Shown: positions 1-10,352, counted from the first letter of the stretch. The stretch: DNA of 64,000 nt from Chitinophaga pinensis (GCA_945877575.1 CAMDUE010000006.1:32767-96766), one strand, 5' to 3'. Translations and numbers: made by a program. The notes: generated by a model not told the origin, from the letters alone.

Positions 1-107
1 TGAAATGCGAGTTTAGGCTTTGAATTGGTTCTTTTGACTTCAGTCTCTTTCTGACCGCAAGAAGAAATTATAAGTCCAATACAGAATGGATATAACAATA
101 AATTCAT
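1..107 (-). CDS. 5' end of a lipoprotein gene that runs off the window. It may be the periplasmic adaptor of the adjacent RND efflux operon.
   Basis: Minus-strand ATG at 105-107, 2 nt after the stop of the TolC-like gene. Translation MNLLLYPFCIGLIISSCGQKE has a lipobox and stays open to the window edge. The adaptor role is positional inference only. Confidence 0.35.
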   Translation of the reverse strand, partial: MNLLLYPFCIGLIISSCGQKETEVKRTNSKPKLAF

Positions 108-109
108 GT

Positions 110-1309
110 TCATTGATTTAATTTTTGATTGATTCGGTTGATTTGAAATGTAAAATATGCTTCGTTGATTGACCAATTTAAATCGGCTTGCTGCTCAATG
201 ATTCGTGCAATTTCGATTGGGTCTAAATTCTGTTGTTGAATTTTCATTAAAACAATTTCTTTGGTTTGTACCAATAGATTTTGGAGTTCAGGAACAAACT
301 TGTTGAGAGTCTCAGTACTTAAATTTAATTGTGAATTTACTTCTTGAAGTTTGAGTTCTACAGCCAATTTAGCGGACTTTAATTTGTAATTTTCACTTTC
401 AATTTGGTGATTTAATGAACGTTGATTTTTGCGTAAGCCATTCAGGAAAATAGGCGCTGAAAGTCCAAATTGAACTGAGTGAAATGGCTTTTGATTGTTG
501 AAAAATACTTCCCTATTATTTAAGGTCTGAAAACCTTGAAACGATTGTTGAGTTAGACCGATTTGTAGTCTGGGAAGGCTATTAGACTTTTGAAAGTCTA
601 GGTAATTTTCTAATGATTTTATTTTACTTTCTTGAATTGAAACAATCAGTTGTTTATCTGAACTCAATTCAAAATTTGTAACGAAGTCTAAATCAAACAA
701 TATATTTGAATTTGGAATACTATTGTACCCAGGATTTAGAAGCTTTAAGGAAGATTGAATACTCAATAATTCTGAATTCAGTTGCTGTATTTTTAGCATG
801 ATATTTCCCTTTAATAGGTTAATGCTCAATCGATCTATGTTTGAATTTAAACCCAATTCAACTCGAAGTTTCAAAGTTGAGTCGGCTTTCTGAATAGCAG
901 AAAAAAGTTCACTCATGCATTTAAGTTGTTCCAAAAAATAAGCTTGTTCAAGGGTTTTAATTAACCATTCTTTTCGGAGTTGATTGTTTGAAAAATCGAT
1001 TTCCAAATTCTGTGATTGAAACTCTTGCTTTTTATAGGCTTTGAGTTTAATGGTGGCGAAAGGATTATTTATAGATTGACCTAAATTCAGCTGATAATCC
1101 TTGTACCAACTATTAACATGACCAGAATTATACATCAAATTTGTTTCGCCCAAAAAAGGAATGGATGATGACTGCATTTTCAATGCCTTAATAGCAGATG
1201 AGTTGGCTTGATAAGTAAAATTTGAATCTAAATTTAATTGAGAAAATCCATGGTTTACGAAAAAGAAGAATGCTGCAGATATTAATATGATTTTATTTGT
1301 TTTTTTCAT
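110..1309 (-). CDS. TolC-family outer-membrane efflux protein (CzcC-like)
   Basis: 399 aa with an N-terminal signal peptide and a Q/L/N-rich coiled-coil composition typical of outer-membrane factors. Overlaps the upstream RND pump gene by 17 nt. Confidence 0.7.
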   Translation of the reverse strand: MKKTNKIILISAAFFFFVNHGFSQLNLDSNFTYQANSSAIKALKMQSSSIPFLGETNLMYNSGHVNSWYKDYQLNLGQSINNPFATIKLKAYKKQEFQSQNLEIDFSNNQLRKEWLIKTLEQAYFLEQLKCMSELFSAIQKADSTLKLRVELGLNSNIDRLSINLLKGNIMLKIQQLNSELLSIQSSLKLLNPGYNSIPNSNILFDLDFVTNFELSSDKQLIVSIQESKIKSLENYLDFQKSNSLPRLQIGLTQQSFQGFQTLNNREVFFNNQKPFHSVQFGLSAPIFLNGLRKNQRSLNHQIESENYKLKSAKLAVELKLQEVNSQLNLSTETLNKFVPELQNLLVQTKEIVLMKIQQQNLDPIEIARIIEQQADLNWSINEAYFTFQINRINQKLNQ

Positions 1310-4300
1310 GATGATTTTTAAAAAAGCGGTAGTACATTATGGGTAAAACTATTAGCGTAAGCGCTGTAGAGAATATCAACCCGCCTATAACTACAGATGC
1401 CAGTGGTTTTTGAACTTCCGCACCTGAACCTGTGCTCAGCGCCATGGGTAAAAATCCCAAAGAAGCAACGGCAGCAGTAATAAGAACGGGTCTTAAGCGT
1501 TCTAAACTTCCATTATAAATAATCTCTTTAAAAGTCAAACTCTCGGATTTTGAGTGCAGAAATTCGGAAATTAATACAATTCCATTAAGCACGCTTACTC
1601 CGAAAAGTGCAATAAATCCCACACCTGCACTGATTGAAAAAGGCATTTCTCTAATAACTAAAATGATAATTCCACCAACAGCTGATAATGGGATTGCGGT
1701 GAAAACTAATAGTCCAATTTTGAGTGATTTAAAACTAAAATACAATAGAATCAGAATCAAAGCTAGCGAAATAGGCACTGCAATACTTAGTCGGGCATTG
1801 GCTTGTTTTAAGTTTTCAAATGACCCTCCGTAAGTAATGTAATAACCCGCTGGGAGTTTTAGCTTAGATTCAACATGTTTTTGCAGTTGTTTGACAACCG
1901 TTTGAACATCTGCATTACCTAAATTAAAACCCACTAAAATTCTTCGTTTTGCATCTTCTCGTTGAATTTGATTTACCCCATTAATTAATTTTATATCAGC
2001 TATGCTCGATAATGGCACGTAGCTGCCAGACTGGGTTGGAATCATTAATGACTCTAGTTTATTTGAGGAGTTAACAGATTGATGGGCTAATTTCACCACC
2101 ACCGAATATCTTTTTTCACCTTCGTAAATGTATCCAGCAGATTCACCCCCCAATCCAGAGTTGATGATTTTATTGGCATCATCAATTGTTACACCCAAAA
2201 TGGACATTTTGTCTCTGTTCAATTCGATTTTTAATTGGGGCAATCCCAAAATAGTTTCTACATAAACATCCTCAGCACCATTGATTTCAGATACAATGGC
2301 TCCCAATTCGGCTGCATAGTGGGTGAGAGTATCTAAGTCTTCCCCAAAGATTTTGCAAATAACATCTTGCTTAGCACCAGTCATCAATTCGTTAAAACGC
2401 ATTTGAACCGGAAATTGAAAGCTTGTTTCTAAGCCTTGAATAGAATCGATAGAAGACTGCATTTTGATGGCTAATTCATCAAATGATGTGGCGCTAACCC
2501 ATTGATCTTTTGGTTTTAAAATTACCATCATGTCAGCAGCCTCCATGGGCATTGGATCTGTAGGGATTTCACTGCTACCAATTTTAGTAACTATTTTTTC
2601 AACCTCTGGAAATTGATTTTTTATAATTCCTGCGGCTTTCTGAGTAAACTGAAGAGTTGTGTTAATATTCGATCCGGTAACAATTCTACTTTCAACAGCA
2701 AAATCACCTTCCTCCAGAGTAGGGATGAATTCACCCCCTAATCTGCTGCCGAGAAATACGCCTAAAACCAATAAAAATGCAGTACTTCCAAAAATTATTT
2801 TTTGATGATTAAAACTCCAATCTAAGACCTTAGAATAAACAGTTTGAATTTTTGCAAATAATTTTTTAGTTAAGCTTAATTCTTGAATATTATCTTTTGA
2901 AAATAACCAAGAACTCATCATAGGTATATAGGTAATTGATAGAAAAAATGCACCCACCAAAGCAAATGCAACCGTTTGTGCCATAGGTTTGAACATTTTT
3001 CCCTCAATACCTTCTAAGGAGAGAATAGGTAAATACACAATGAGAATGATTATTTGTCCAAAAACAGCACTATTCATCATCTTGCCAGCACTCAATGAAA
3101 CAACTTCATTTGTGTTTCTGCGACTCTCAATTCGCTTACTTATTAAAACATGAAGAACAGATTCAACTATAATAACTGCTCCATCTACAATCAATCCGAA
3201 ATCTAAAGCGCCTAAACTCATTAAATTTCCTTCTACTCCGAATATATTCATGCAAATGATTGCAAATAACATGGCCAACGGAATGACTGATGCAACCAAA
3301 AATCCAGCTCTTAAATTACCCAAAAAAATCACCAACACAAATACTACAATGAGCGCACCTTCCGACAGATTTTTGACCACCGTGTGTATGGCGTTGTCTA
3401 CCATTTTAGTGCGGTCAAGGAAAGGCTCAATGGTAACTCCTTTGGGTAAAGTACTTTTTATTCTTTCAATTCTATCTTTGATATTTCCAATTACTTGTCG
3501 ACTATTTTCTCCTTTGAGCATCATCACAACTGCTCCCACCGTTTCCCCTTCATTGTTGAAAGCTACAGCTCCATATCGTTTAGCATGACCTTCCTTAATA
3601 TTGGCCACATCTCCAATACGAACATTCAATCCTTGGTTATTCTTGATCAATGTATTTTGGATGTCAGTTTTTGATTTTAAAAGTCCCTCAACTGTAATTA
3701 CTTGAACGGAATTGTATTTTTCCAGGTATGCACCGCCTGAATTTTGATTGTTTTTTTCTAGGGACTGAAAAACGTCAATCAATGACAAGCCTTTTGCACT
3801 TAACTGAGCGGCGTTTATTATTACTTCATACTGTTTAAGATGTCCACCAATGCTGCTCACATCTGCTACTCCTTTGACACCTAATAATTGCCTGCGAACC
3901 AACCAGTCTTGAATGGTTCTTAGGTCTGAAAGCGAATATTGATTTTTATGAGAGTCATCTACTCGGAGAATATATTGATAAATTTCTCCTAATCCGGTGG
4001 TTACTGGAGCCAGGGAGGGGGTTCCAATTCCAGGTGGAATATTTGCCATTGCTTGGACCAGTTTCTCGCTGACTTGTTGTCTTGCCCAATAAACATCAAT
4101 ATCATCATCAAATACGACGGTTACTAATGATAATCCGAACCTTGAAAAACTTCTAACTTCATGAATTCCAGCAATGTTAGAAATGTTTTGCTCAATAGGG
4201 AAAGTAATTAATCTCTCAACATCTGTAGCGCCCAATGTAGGCGATGGAGTGATGATTTGAACTTGATTATTTGTAATATCAGGTACAGCATCAATGGGGA

Positions 4301-4400
4301 GTTTGTTCAATTGAAAAATACCTGTGATGATCAAGGTTATGACCATCAGTGCGATTATAATTTTGTTATATATTGAAAAGTCAATGATTTTTTGCAGCAT
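1293..4400 (-). CDS. czcA: CusA/CzcA-family heavy-metal efflux RND transporter
   Basis: 1035 aa with a 12-TM RND architecture. The motif GALDFGLIVDGAVIIVE and overall layout match the HME-RND family. Confidence 0.9.
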   Translation of the reverse strand: MLQKIIDFSIYNKIIIALMVITLIITGIFQLNKLPIDAVPDITNNQVQIITPSPTLGATDVERLITFPIEQNISNIAGIHEVRSFSRFGLSLVTVVFDDDIDVYWARQQVSEKLVQAMANIPPGIGTPSLAPVTTGLGEIYQYILRVDDSHKNQYSLSDLRTIQDWLVRRQLLGVKGVADVSSIGGHLKQYEVIINAAQLSAKGLSLIDVFQSLEKNNQNSGGAYLEKYNSVQVITVEGLLKSKTDIQNTLIKNNQGLNVRIGDVANIKEGHAKRYGAVAFNNEGETVGAVVMMLKGENSRQVIGNIKDRIERIKSTLPKGVTIEPFLDRTKMVDNAIHTVVKNLSEGALIVVFVLVIFLGNLRAGFLVASVIPLAMLFAIICMNIFGVEGNLMSLGALDFGLIVDGAVIIVESVLHVLISKRIESRRNTNEVVSLSAGKMMNSAVFGQIIILIVYLPILSLEGIEGKMFKPMAQTVAFALVGAFFLSITYIPMMSSWLFSKDNIQELSLTKKLFAKIQTVYSKVLDWSFNHQKIIFGSTAFLLVLGVFLGSRLGGEFIPTLEEGDFAVESRIVTGSNINTTLQFTQKAAGIIKNQFPEVEKIVTKIGSSEIPTDPMPMEAADMMVILKPKDQWVSATSFDELAIKMQSSIDSIQGLETSFQFPVQMRFNELMTGAKQDVICKIFGEDLDTLTHYAAELGAIVSEINGAEDVYVETILGLPQLKIELNRDKMSILGVTIDDANKIINSGLGGESAGYIYEGEKRYSVVVKLAHQSVNSSNKLESLMIPTQSGSYVPLSSIADIKLINGVNQIQREDAKRRILVGFNLGNADVQTVVKQLQKHVESKLKLPAGYYITYGGSFENLKQANARLSIAVPISLALILILLYFSFKSLKIGLLVFTAIPLSAVGGIIILVIREMPFSISAGVGFIALFGVSVLNGIVLISEFLHSKSESLTFKEIIYNGSLERLRPVLITAAVASLGFLPMALSTGSGAEVQKPLASVVIGGLIFSTALTLIVLPIMYYRFFKNHHEKNK

Positions 4401-4487
4401 AATTTGAAAAGTTTAGAAATAAGAATTTCAATCGCTTAAGGCAATTGATGATGATTTCGCTACACGCGAAATTCTGATTAAGAAACT

Positions 4488-4847
4488 TTATGCTGTTTTG
4501 GGAGGCTGAAAAATTCTAACTGCAATTCCAGGAGAGATCTTTTTACTCAGTTCTGCGGGGAAGCAATTTTCAACTATAAATTCATTTGCCTTCAATTCAA
4601 TAGGCAATTGGAAATGATATGCAGGAAAAAAAGTAATATTTACTGTTTGGAGTGGAAGCTTTTTGTGTTCAGGTAGGTTTTCTGGATTTCCATAATGTTC
4701 TACTATGAATTCAGAAAAGTCAATTTCAGGATTCATAGTATTGTGTTCATGGAAATGACTGATTAATAGAGGAATCTTGGCAAACTCGTGCAATGGCGTA
4801 AAAACCACGGCAAATGAGACAACCAAAAATACTCTAATCAATTTCAT
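4488..4847 (-). CDS. Small secreted His-rich hypothetical protein
   Basis: 119 aa with a signal peptide and 7 His, including SHFHEH. Its start overlaps the GT2 stop in an ATGA arrangement, and it lies 87 nt upstream of czcA. Confidence 0.5.
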   Translation of the reverse strand: MKLIRVFLVVSFAVVFTPLHEFAKIPLLISHFHEHNTMNPEIDFSEFIVEHYGNPENLPEHKKLPLQTVNITFFPAYHFQLPIELKANEFIVENCFPAELSKKISPGIAVRIFQPPKTA

Positions 4848-5569
4848 ATTTTACCCATCCAACTTTTGATTTTCAATTCCAGAACCCCAAACAATGCTTC
4901 TCTGAATATTTTGGTGCTCATTTTGGATGTCCCAGCAGTTCTATCTGTGAAAATAATGGGATGCTCTGAAATGCTGTATCCCTTGCGGTGGGTTCTGAAT
5001 TTCATTTCAATTTGAAAGGCATAACCCCTGAACTTTATTTCGTCTAAGCCAATATTTTCGAGAACCGCTCTTTTGTAACATACAAATCCAGCAGTAGTAT
5101 CTGCAATGTTTAAACCAGTTATGAATTGAACATACTTACTAGCATAATAACTCATCAAAACTCTGCCCATGGGCCAATTGACTACATTAACTACGCCGCC
5201 AACATACCTGCTTCCAACACAAACATCGGCGCCGTTTTCGCATTTTTCTATTAAGCATGGCAATTGATCAACGGGATGTGAAAAATCACAGTCCATCTCA
5301 CAGATGTATTCATATCCCTTAGAAAGAGCCCAGTGAAAACCGGCAATGTAAGCAGTGCCAAGTCCATTTTTTTCTGTACGCTCAAGAATATGAAGTCTAT
5401 CGGGATATTGTTCAATGTGTCGCTTTACAGCTTCACCTGTGCCGTCTGGAGAACCATCATCTACTACCAACAGGTCAATTTTTTTATCTAAGGACATGAC
5501 CGTTTGAATCATCCGATCAATGTTCTCAATTTCGTTGTAGGTGGGGATGATAACCAGATATGGACTCAT
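4844..5569 (-). CDS. GT2 polyprenol-phosphate mannosyltransferase (Dpm1-like)
   Basis: Motifs IIPTYNE, VVDDGSPDGT and EMDCDFSH are typical of dolichyl/polyprenyl-phosphate mannose synthases. Confidence 0.85.
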   Translation of the reverse strand: MSPYLVIIPTYNEIENIDRMIQTVMSLDKKIDLLVVDDGSPDGTGEAVKRHIEQYPDRLHILERTEKNGLGTAYIAGFHWALSKGYEYICEMDCDFSHPVDQLPCLIEKCENGADVCVGSRYVGGVVNVVNWPMGRVLMSYYASKYVQFITGLNIADTTAGFVCYKRAVLENIGLDEIKFRGYAFQIEMKFRTHRKGYSISEHPIIFTDRTAGTSKMSTKIFREALFGVLELKIKSWMGKI

Positions 5570-5663
5570 TGGGGGAGATGGTAAATCACAAAAATACGGT
5601 ATTTAAATAAATGGTTATGTACCTTTGACGAAGGAAATTCGATTCTAACGATTTTTACTCAAA

Positions 5664-6140
5664 ATGAACCTGAAAAACAAAGCCATTTTTCTCGATAGAG
5701 ACGGAGTTATCAATCACGATCCCGGTGATTACACAAAGTCTTTAGAAGAGTTTCAGATACTATCTGGAGTCATTGAACAAATTAAAAGTTGGTACGATGA
5801 AGGTTTTAAAATCATTGTAATCACCAATCAAGGCGGAATAGCGAAGGGCTTGTATAACGAACATGCTGTAAATGCCATGCATCAATATTTACAAGGAAAG
5901 TGCATTGAAGCTGAATGCCAAATTGAAGCGTTTTACTTTTGTGAACATCATCCCGATTTCAGTGGAAAATGCTTGTGCAGAAAACCTGGTAGCTTAATGA
6001 TTGAAAAAGCCATCCACCAATTCAACATAGATCCAGCGCAAAGTATTATGTATGGCGATAGACAGCGCGATGTTGATTGCGCAGAAGCTGCCGGAGTAAA
6101 AGGGGTTTTGATTCAAACAAATTCCGTGAATTTTCAATGA
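5664..6140 (+). CDS. gmhB: HAD-IIIA phosphatase, D,D-heptose 1,7-bisphosphate phosphatase-like
   Basis: FLDRDGVIN (DxD nucleophile motif), a CxH...CxCRKP zinc motif and GDRQRD. Confidence 0.7.
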   Translation: MNLKNKAIFLDRDGVINHDPGDYTKSLEEFQILSGVIEQIKSWYDEGFKIIVITNQGGIAKGLYNEHAVNAMHQYLQGKCIEAECQIEAFYFCEHHPDFSGKCLCRKPGSLMIEKAIHQFNIDPAQSIMYGDRQRDVDCAEAAGVKGVLIQTNSVNFQ

Positions 6141-6187
6141 TATTCTCAAAATATGGCACGATATTTGGAAACTGCAAATCAAACATT

Positions 6188-6679
6188 ATGAAATACGCAT
6201 TTTTATCTCTTGCATTGGCTTTAGTTGGAATGGTAAACGCACAAGACGCGGTTCCATCAGTGGCTGTAAAAAATATAGATGGAGAAAACATTAACTTTTC
6301 TCAAGTCATTGAGCCGGGTAAAATAACCGTAATATCATTTTGGGCAACCTGGTGCGGTCCTTGTATCAAGGAACTTCAAGCCATTGATCAACACTACGCT
6401 GAATGGCAAGAAAATTACAACATGAAACTGGTTGCAGTGAGTATTGACGATGCTAGAAACGTGAAAAAAGTGAAACCCAAAGTATTGGGCGAAGGTTGGG
6501 CTTATCAAATCATACTTGATGAAAATCAAGATCTTGCGCGTTCTATGAACGTCAATAACCCTCCAATGACTTTCATCGTTGATCAAAAAGGTAAAATTGT
6601 ATATTCTCACCAAGGTTATACCCCAGGTGCAGAAGACGAACTCGAAGAACGACTCAAAGAACTCGCCGAAGTTAAGTAA
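6188..6679 (+). CDS. TlpA-like thiol:disulfide oxidoreductase (thioredoxin fold)
   Basis: Signal peptide MKYAFLSLALALVGMVNAQ starting at the ATG at 6188. WATWCGPC active site. The longer ORF from 6077 overlaps gmhB and is unlikely. Confidence 0.8.
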   Translation: MKYAFLSLALALVGMVNAQDAVPSVAVKNIDGENINFSQVIEPGKITVISFWATWCGPCIKELQAIDQHYAEWQENYNMKLVAVSIDDARNVKKVKPKVLGEGWAYQIILDENQDLARSMNVNNPPMTFIVDQKGKIVYSHQGYTPGAEDELEERLKELAEVK

Positions 6680-6688
6680 ATTCGCGGC

Positions 6689-8077
6689 ATGGAAAAACCT
6701 TCCTTGCCCTCCGGTACCCGCGACTTTGGTCCGGAAATCATGAAAAAAAGAAAATTCGTTCTGTCTGTGATGGAGCGAGTTTTTCGTTCACATGGGTTTC
6801 TCCCCATCGAAACGCCTTCCCTCGAAAATCTTAAAACTCTTCAAGGTAAATACGGAGATGAAGGCGATCAACTGCTCTTTAAGGTTCTTAATTCGGGTGA
6901 GTATTTTTCCAAAATTAAACTTGAAAATTGGCCGCAAAATCCAACCGATACTGATTATAAATCAATGACCCCACAAATTTCAGATCGTGGTTTGCGTTAC
7001 GATCTAACGGTGCCTTTGGCTCGCTTTGTGGTCATGAATCGAGATAAATTAGCCTTCCCATTCAAGCGTTATCAAATGCAGCCCGTGTGGCGCGCCGATC
7101 GTCCCCAAAAAGGAAGATACAGAGAATTTTGGCAGTGTGACATTGATATAGTAGGCAGTAATTCGGTGGTTTCGGAGGCAGAACTTGTAGAATGTTACCA
7201 AGAAGTTTTTGCCCAACTCAACCTCGAAGTTCAGATTAAAATCAATCATCGACTCATTCTCGATGCTTTTCTTCCCCTTCTCGGGGGACGTGAACAGTGG
7301 AACTCATTCATGGTTGCCATTGATAAATTTGATAAAATAGGACAAGATGGTGTCAGTCTAGAACTTGAACAGCGCGGTTTACCGCATTCTATTTCTGCGT
7401 GGAATACCCTTTGTGAAATAGCTTCTTTGAATAATACCGAACAAAAACTTCAAGCATTAGAACAGTTTTCTGAAATTCAGAATGATTCCTTGACACAAGG
7501 AATCGCCCAAGTTCGAGAACTTTTAACGCTTCTGCCCAATCAGAACAACGTATTTTTAGATCTGCGCTTGGCTAGAGGACTTAGCTATTACACCGGCTGT
7601 GTTTTTGAAGTGGTTTCTAACGACCCCCGCATTCCGTCTGATTTTCGCATTGGAAGCATTGGCGGTGGGGGTAGATACGATAACCTAACGGGTGTTTTTG
7701 GACTTAAAGATGTGCCTGGGGTAGGAGTGTCCTTTGGATTGGACCGAATACTAGACACTCTAGAATCTGCTAATTTATTGGAAGTGAACAACGAATGGGC
7801 AGGAGTGCTCATCTGTTGCATGGAAGAAGATTATTTATCAACAGCAGCACAAATTGCTCGTGATTTAAGAAATCATAATTTGATTTGTGAAGTGTATCCA
7901 GGTGCTCCAAAGTTGAAAAAACAACTGGATTATGCCAACTCAAAAGGATGTAAATATGCCCTCATACTGGGCGAATCTGAAATGCAACAACAACAAGCCA
8001 TGGTGAAAAACTTAGAAACAGGAGAACAACAATTAATTGATTGGAGTAAACTGTCGCACACCTTAACTTTTAACTAA
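6689..8077 (+). CDS. hisS: Histidine--tRNA ligase
   Basis: Class II aaRS motifs (LRYDLTVPLARF, GGGGRYDNL); 462 aa. Confidence 0.95.
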   Translation: MEKPSLPSGTRDFGPEIMKKRKFVLSVMERVFRSHGFLPIETPSLENLKTLQGKYGDEGDQLLFKVLNSGEYFSKIKLENWPQNPTDTDYKSMTPQISDRGLRYDLTVPLARFVVMNRDKLAFPFKRYQMQPVWRADRPQKGRYREFWQCDIDIVGSNSVVSEAELVECYQEVFAQLNLEVQIKINHRLILDAFLPLLGGREQWNSFMVAIDKFDKIGQDGVSLELEQRGLPHSISAWNTLCEIASLNNTEQKLQALEQFSEIQNDSLTQGIAQVRELLTLLPNQNNVFLDLRLARGLSYYTGCVFEVVSNDPRIPSDFRIGSIGGGGRYDNLTGVFGLKDVPGVGVSFGLDRILDTLESANLLEVNNEWAGVLICCMEEDYLSTAAQIARDLRNHNLICEVYPGAPKLKKQLDYANSKGCKYALILGESEMQQQQAMVKNLETGEQQLIDWSKLSHTLTFN

Positions 8078-9553
8078 ATGAATTCACATTATACATTGGG
8101 AGAGGCAATTACAGCCATTCAAAAGCCGGTTGAATTGAATTCTCAAACAAGAAAGATCATGCAAGATAGTGTGGACTTTCTCCATGAGTTTTTAGAGAAA
8201 TCAGACAGGCCTATTTACGGCGTAAATACCGGATTTGGCTCCCTCCAAAATATTGAAATCAGTTCTACGGAACTTAGCAAACTACAAGAAAACCTCTTGA
8301 TAACGCATGCCGCTGGAGTTGGTAGTCCACTGAGCGATGAACTTGTGCTCACCATGATGTGGCTCAAGTTATTGAATATGAGTAAGGGACACTCTGCTGT
8401 TCGTCCAGAAGTATTTGAGCGTTTGGCCCACATGTTCAATCATCAGATCATTCCACTAGTTACAGAACAAGGATCATTGGGCGCCTCAGGAGATCTTGCG
8501 CCGCTTTCTCAAATGGTACTTCCTTTAATTGGAAAAGGTAAGGTCAAGATTGATGGCGAGTTGATCGATGCATCGGTTTGGCTCAAAAATGAGGGTTTAT
8601 CGCCCATAGTTTTAGGTCCCAAAGAGGCATTAGCCCTAATTAATGGTACCCAGTTCATGTTGGCACATGCCTTAGTTGCGTACAAGAAAATCTCTGATAT
8701 TTTGGGCCAATTACCTATGATAGCATCCTTGAGCATAGATGCCTTTGATTGCAGGTTGGAACCCTTCCATGAGGCCATTCACAGAATTCGTCCTCATCAA
8801 GGACAAATCCAAGCGGCCGAAGAAATCAGAAGTTGGCTCGCAGATTCTGAAATTGCCGCTACCCCCAAAAAACAGGTTCAAGATCCCTATAGTTTCAGAT
8901 GCATTCCTCAAGTGCATGGTGCAACGCTCAATGCTTTGCAGCATTGTTTCATGGTTTGGGAAACAGAATTGAACTCGGTAACAGACAACCCCAATGTCTT
9001 TGAAGAGGAAAATATGGTTGTTTCCGGGGGAAATTTTCACGGTCAACCTCTCGCACTTACATTAGACTACGCAGCAATGGCTTTGGCTGAATTGGCTAAT
9101 ATTTCGGAAAGGCGTACATTTTTATTGGTCAGCGGACAAAGGCAATTGAGTCCCTACTTAGCAGATGGAGCAGGTATAGATTCAGGTTATATGATTGCAC
9201 AATACAGTGCAGCAGCATTGGTTAGTCAGAACAAACAATTGTGCACACCAGCGAGTGTTGATAGTATTGTAAGTAGCAACGGACAAGAAGATCACGTATC
9301 AATGGGAGCGAACGCTGCTACCAAATTGATGCGTGTTTTAGACAATGTTGAGAACGTTTTGTCTATTGAGTGGCTTTGTGGAGTCGCGGCATTGTCACAA
9401 CGTAAGTTAATTGCCGATAAAAAATCATCTACAGCTATTGAGGTAGCTATAAATGCCTTTTTATCAGGCGGGGCGCTTGTTCACCAAGAGGTTCCTATGC
9501 AAGATTTAATAAAAAGAGCGCATGATTTTTTATGGAAACTTGCAAAAAATTAA
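8078..9553 (+). CDS. hutH: Histidine ammonia-lyase family (MIO-dependent aromatic amino-acid ammonia-lyase)
   Basis: MIO-forming triad in GSLGASGDLAPLS. THAAGVG is HAL-like at the selectivity position. The ATG directly abuts the hisS stop. Confidence 0.8.
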   Translation: MNSHYTLGEAITAIQKPVELNSQTRKIMQDSVDFLHEFLEKSDRPIYGVNTGFGSLQNIEISSTELSKLQENLLITHAAGVGSPLSDELVLTMMWLKLLNMSKGHSAVRPEVFERLAHMFNHQIIPLVTEQGSLGASGDLAPLSQMVLPLIGKGKVKIDGELIDASVWLKNEGLSPIVLGPKEALALINGTQFMLAHALVAYKKISDILGQLPMIASLSIDAFDCRLEPFHEAIHRIRPHQGQIQAAEEIRSWLADSEIAATPKKQVQDPYSFRCIPQVHGATLNALQHCFMVWETELNSVTDNPNVFEEENMVVSGGNFHGQPLALTLDYAAMALAELANISERRTFLLVSGQRQLSPYLADGAGIDSGYMIAQYSAAALVSQNKQLCTPASVDSIVSSNGQEDHVSMGANAATKLMRVLDNVENVLSIEWLCGVAALSQRKLIADKKSSTAIEVAINAFLSGGALVHQEVPMQDLIKRAHDFLWKLAKN

Positions 9554-9609
9554 TTTTTGGCACGGTATTTGAAAGTGATCAATCAACTAACAAATTAAAA
9601 AATAAAAGT

Positions 9610-10071
9610 ATGAAAAAAGTAACAACTCTCTTCGCAGTAGCTTTCGCTTTCATCGGCGCATCAATGGCTCAAATGGTTATCCCTGGTGAATCTTTCGCTA
9701 AGAATCCATCATCTTTCAACGGACGTAAAGTAAGCATCAAAAACATCCAATTGGATTTTTCTAACAAAATGCCAGCTCCAACAGGTGCAGTAGCTCCAGT
9801 AGGTGGTGCAGGAATGGGTGCAGGTTCAGTAGGTCCTGGTCCTGGTGGACAAGGTGCACAAGTACAACGTTGCAATCCTCCTCGCGGTTTCTCTCAATTA
9901 GACGTTAACTTTTTAGCAGCTCCTGATTTTGAAGGTTGCTTCTACATGGGTGATGCAATGTACAACGAGTTGAAGCGTCAAGCAGGTGGGCAAAATATCG
10001 ACGCTCAAATCACTTTCCAAGGTGACAGCCGCGTAGGTTACAACGTAACTTTCTACAAAATCGGTAGATAA
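9610..10071 (+). CDS. Secreted hypothetical protein with a Gly/Pro/Ala-rich linker
   Basis: Signal peptide MKKVTTLFAVAFAFIGASMAQ from the ATG at 9610. No recognisable domain. Confidence 0.5.
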   Translation: MKKVTTLFAVAFAFIGASMAQMVIPGESFAKNPSSFNGRKVSIKNIQLDFSNKMPAPTGAVAPVGGAGMGAGSVGPGPGGQGAQVQRCNPPRGFSQLDVNFLAAPDFEGCFYMGDAMYNELKRQAGGQNIDAQITFQGDSRVGYNVTFYKIGR

Positions 10072-10094
10072 GATCTTTCAAACTAAATAAAAAT

Positions 10095-10123
10095 AGCCCG
10101 GACGCAAGTCTGGGCTTTTTTTT
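10095..10123 (+). terminator. Rho-independent terminator
   Basis: AGCCCGGAC-GCAA-GTCTGGGCT hairpin (GNRA loop) followed by a T8 run. Confidence 0.8.
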
Positions 10124-10128
10124 GTTTG

Positions 10129-10352
<224 letters not shown>

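Noticed and set aside
3250-3588. A 112-aa ORF antisense to czcA. Similar antisense or overlapping ORFs occur inside hisS, hutH, dnaK, the TonB receptor, asnB, pntB, the thioredoxin-domain gene, purH, secA and the T9SS gene.
   Set aside because: All are embedded opposite or out of frame within long ORFs that have strong family motifs, and none has a recognisable motif of its own. They are typical shadow ORFs.
6077-6187. A 5' extension of the TlpA-like ORF that overlaps gmhB.
   Set aside because: The extension has no signal peptide and overlaps the upstream gene by 64 nt. The ATG at 6188 gives a canonical signal peptide.
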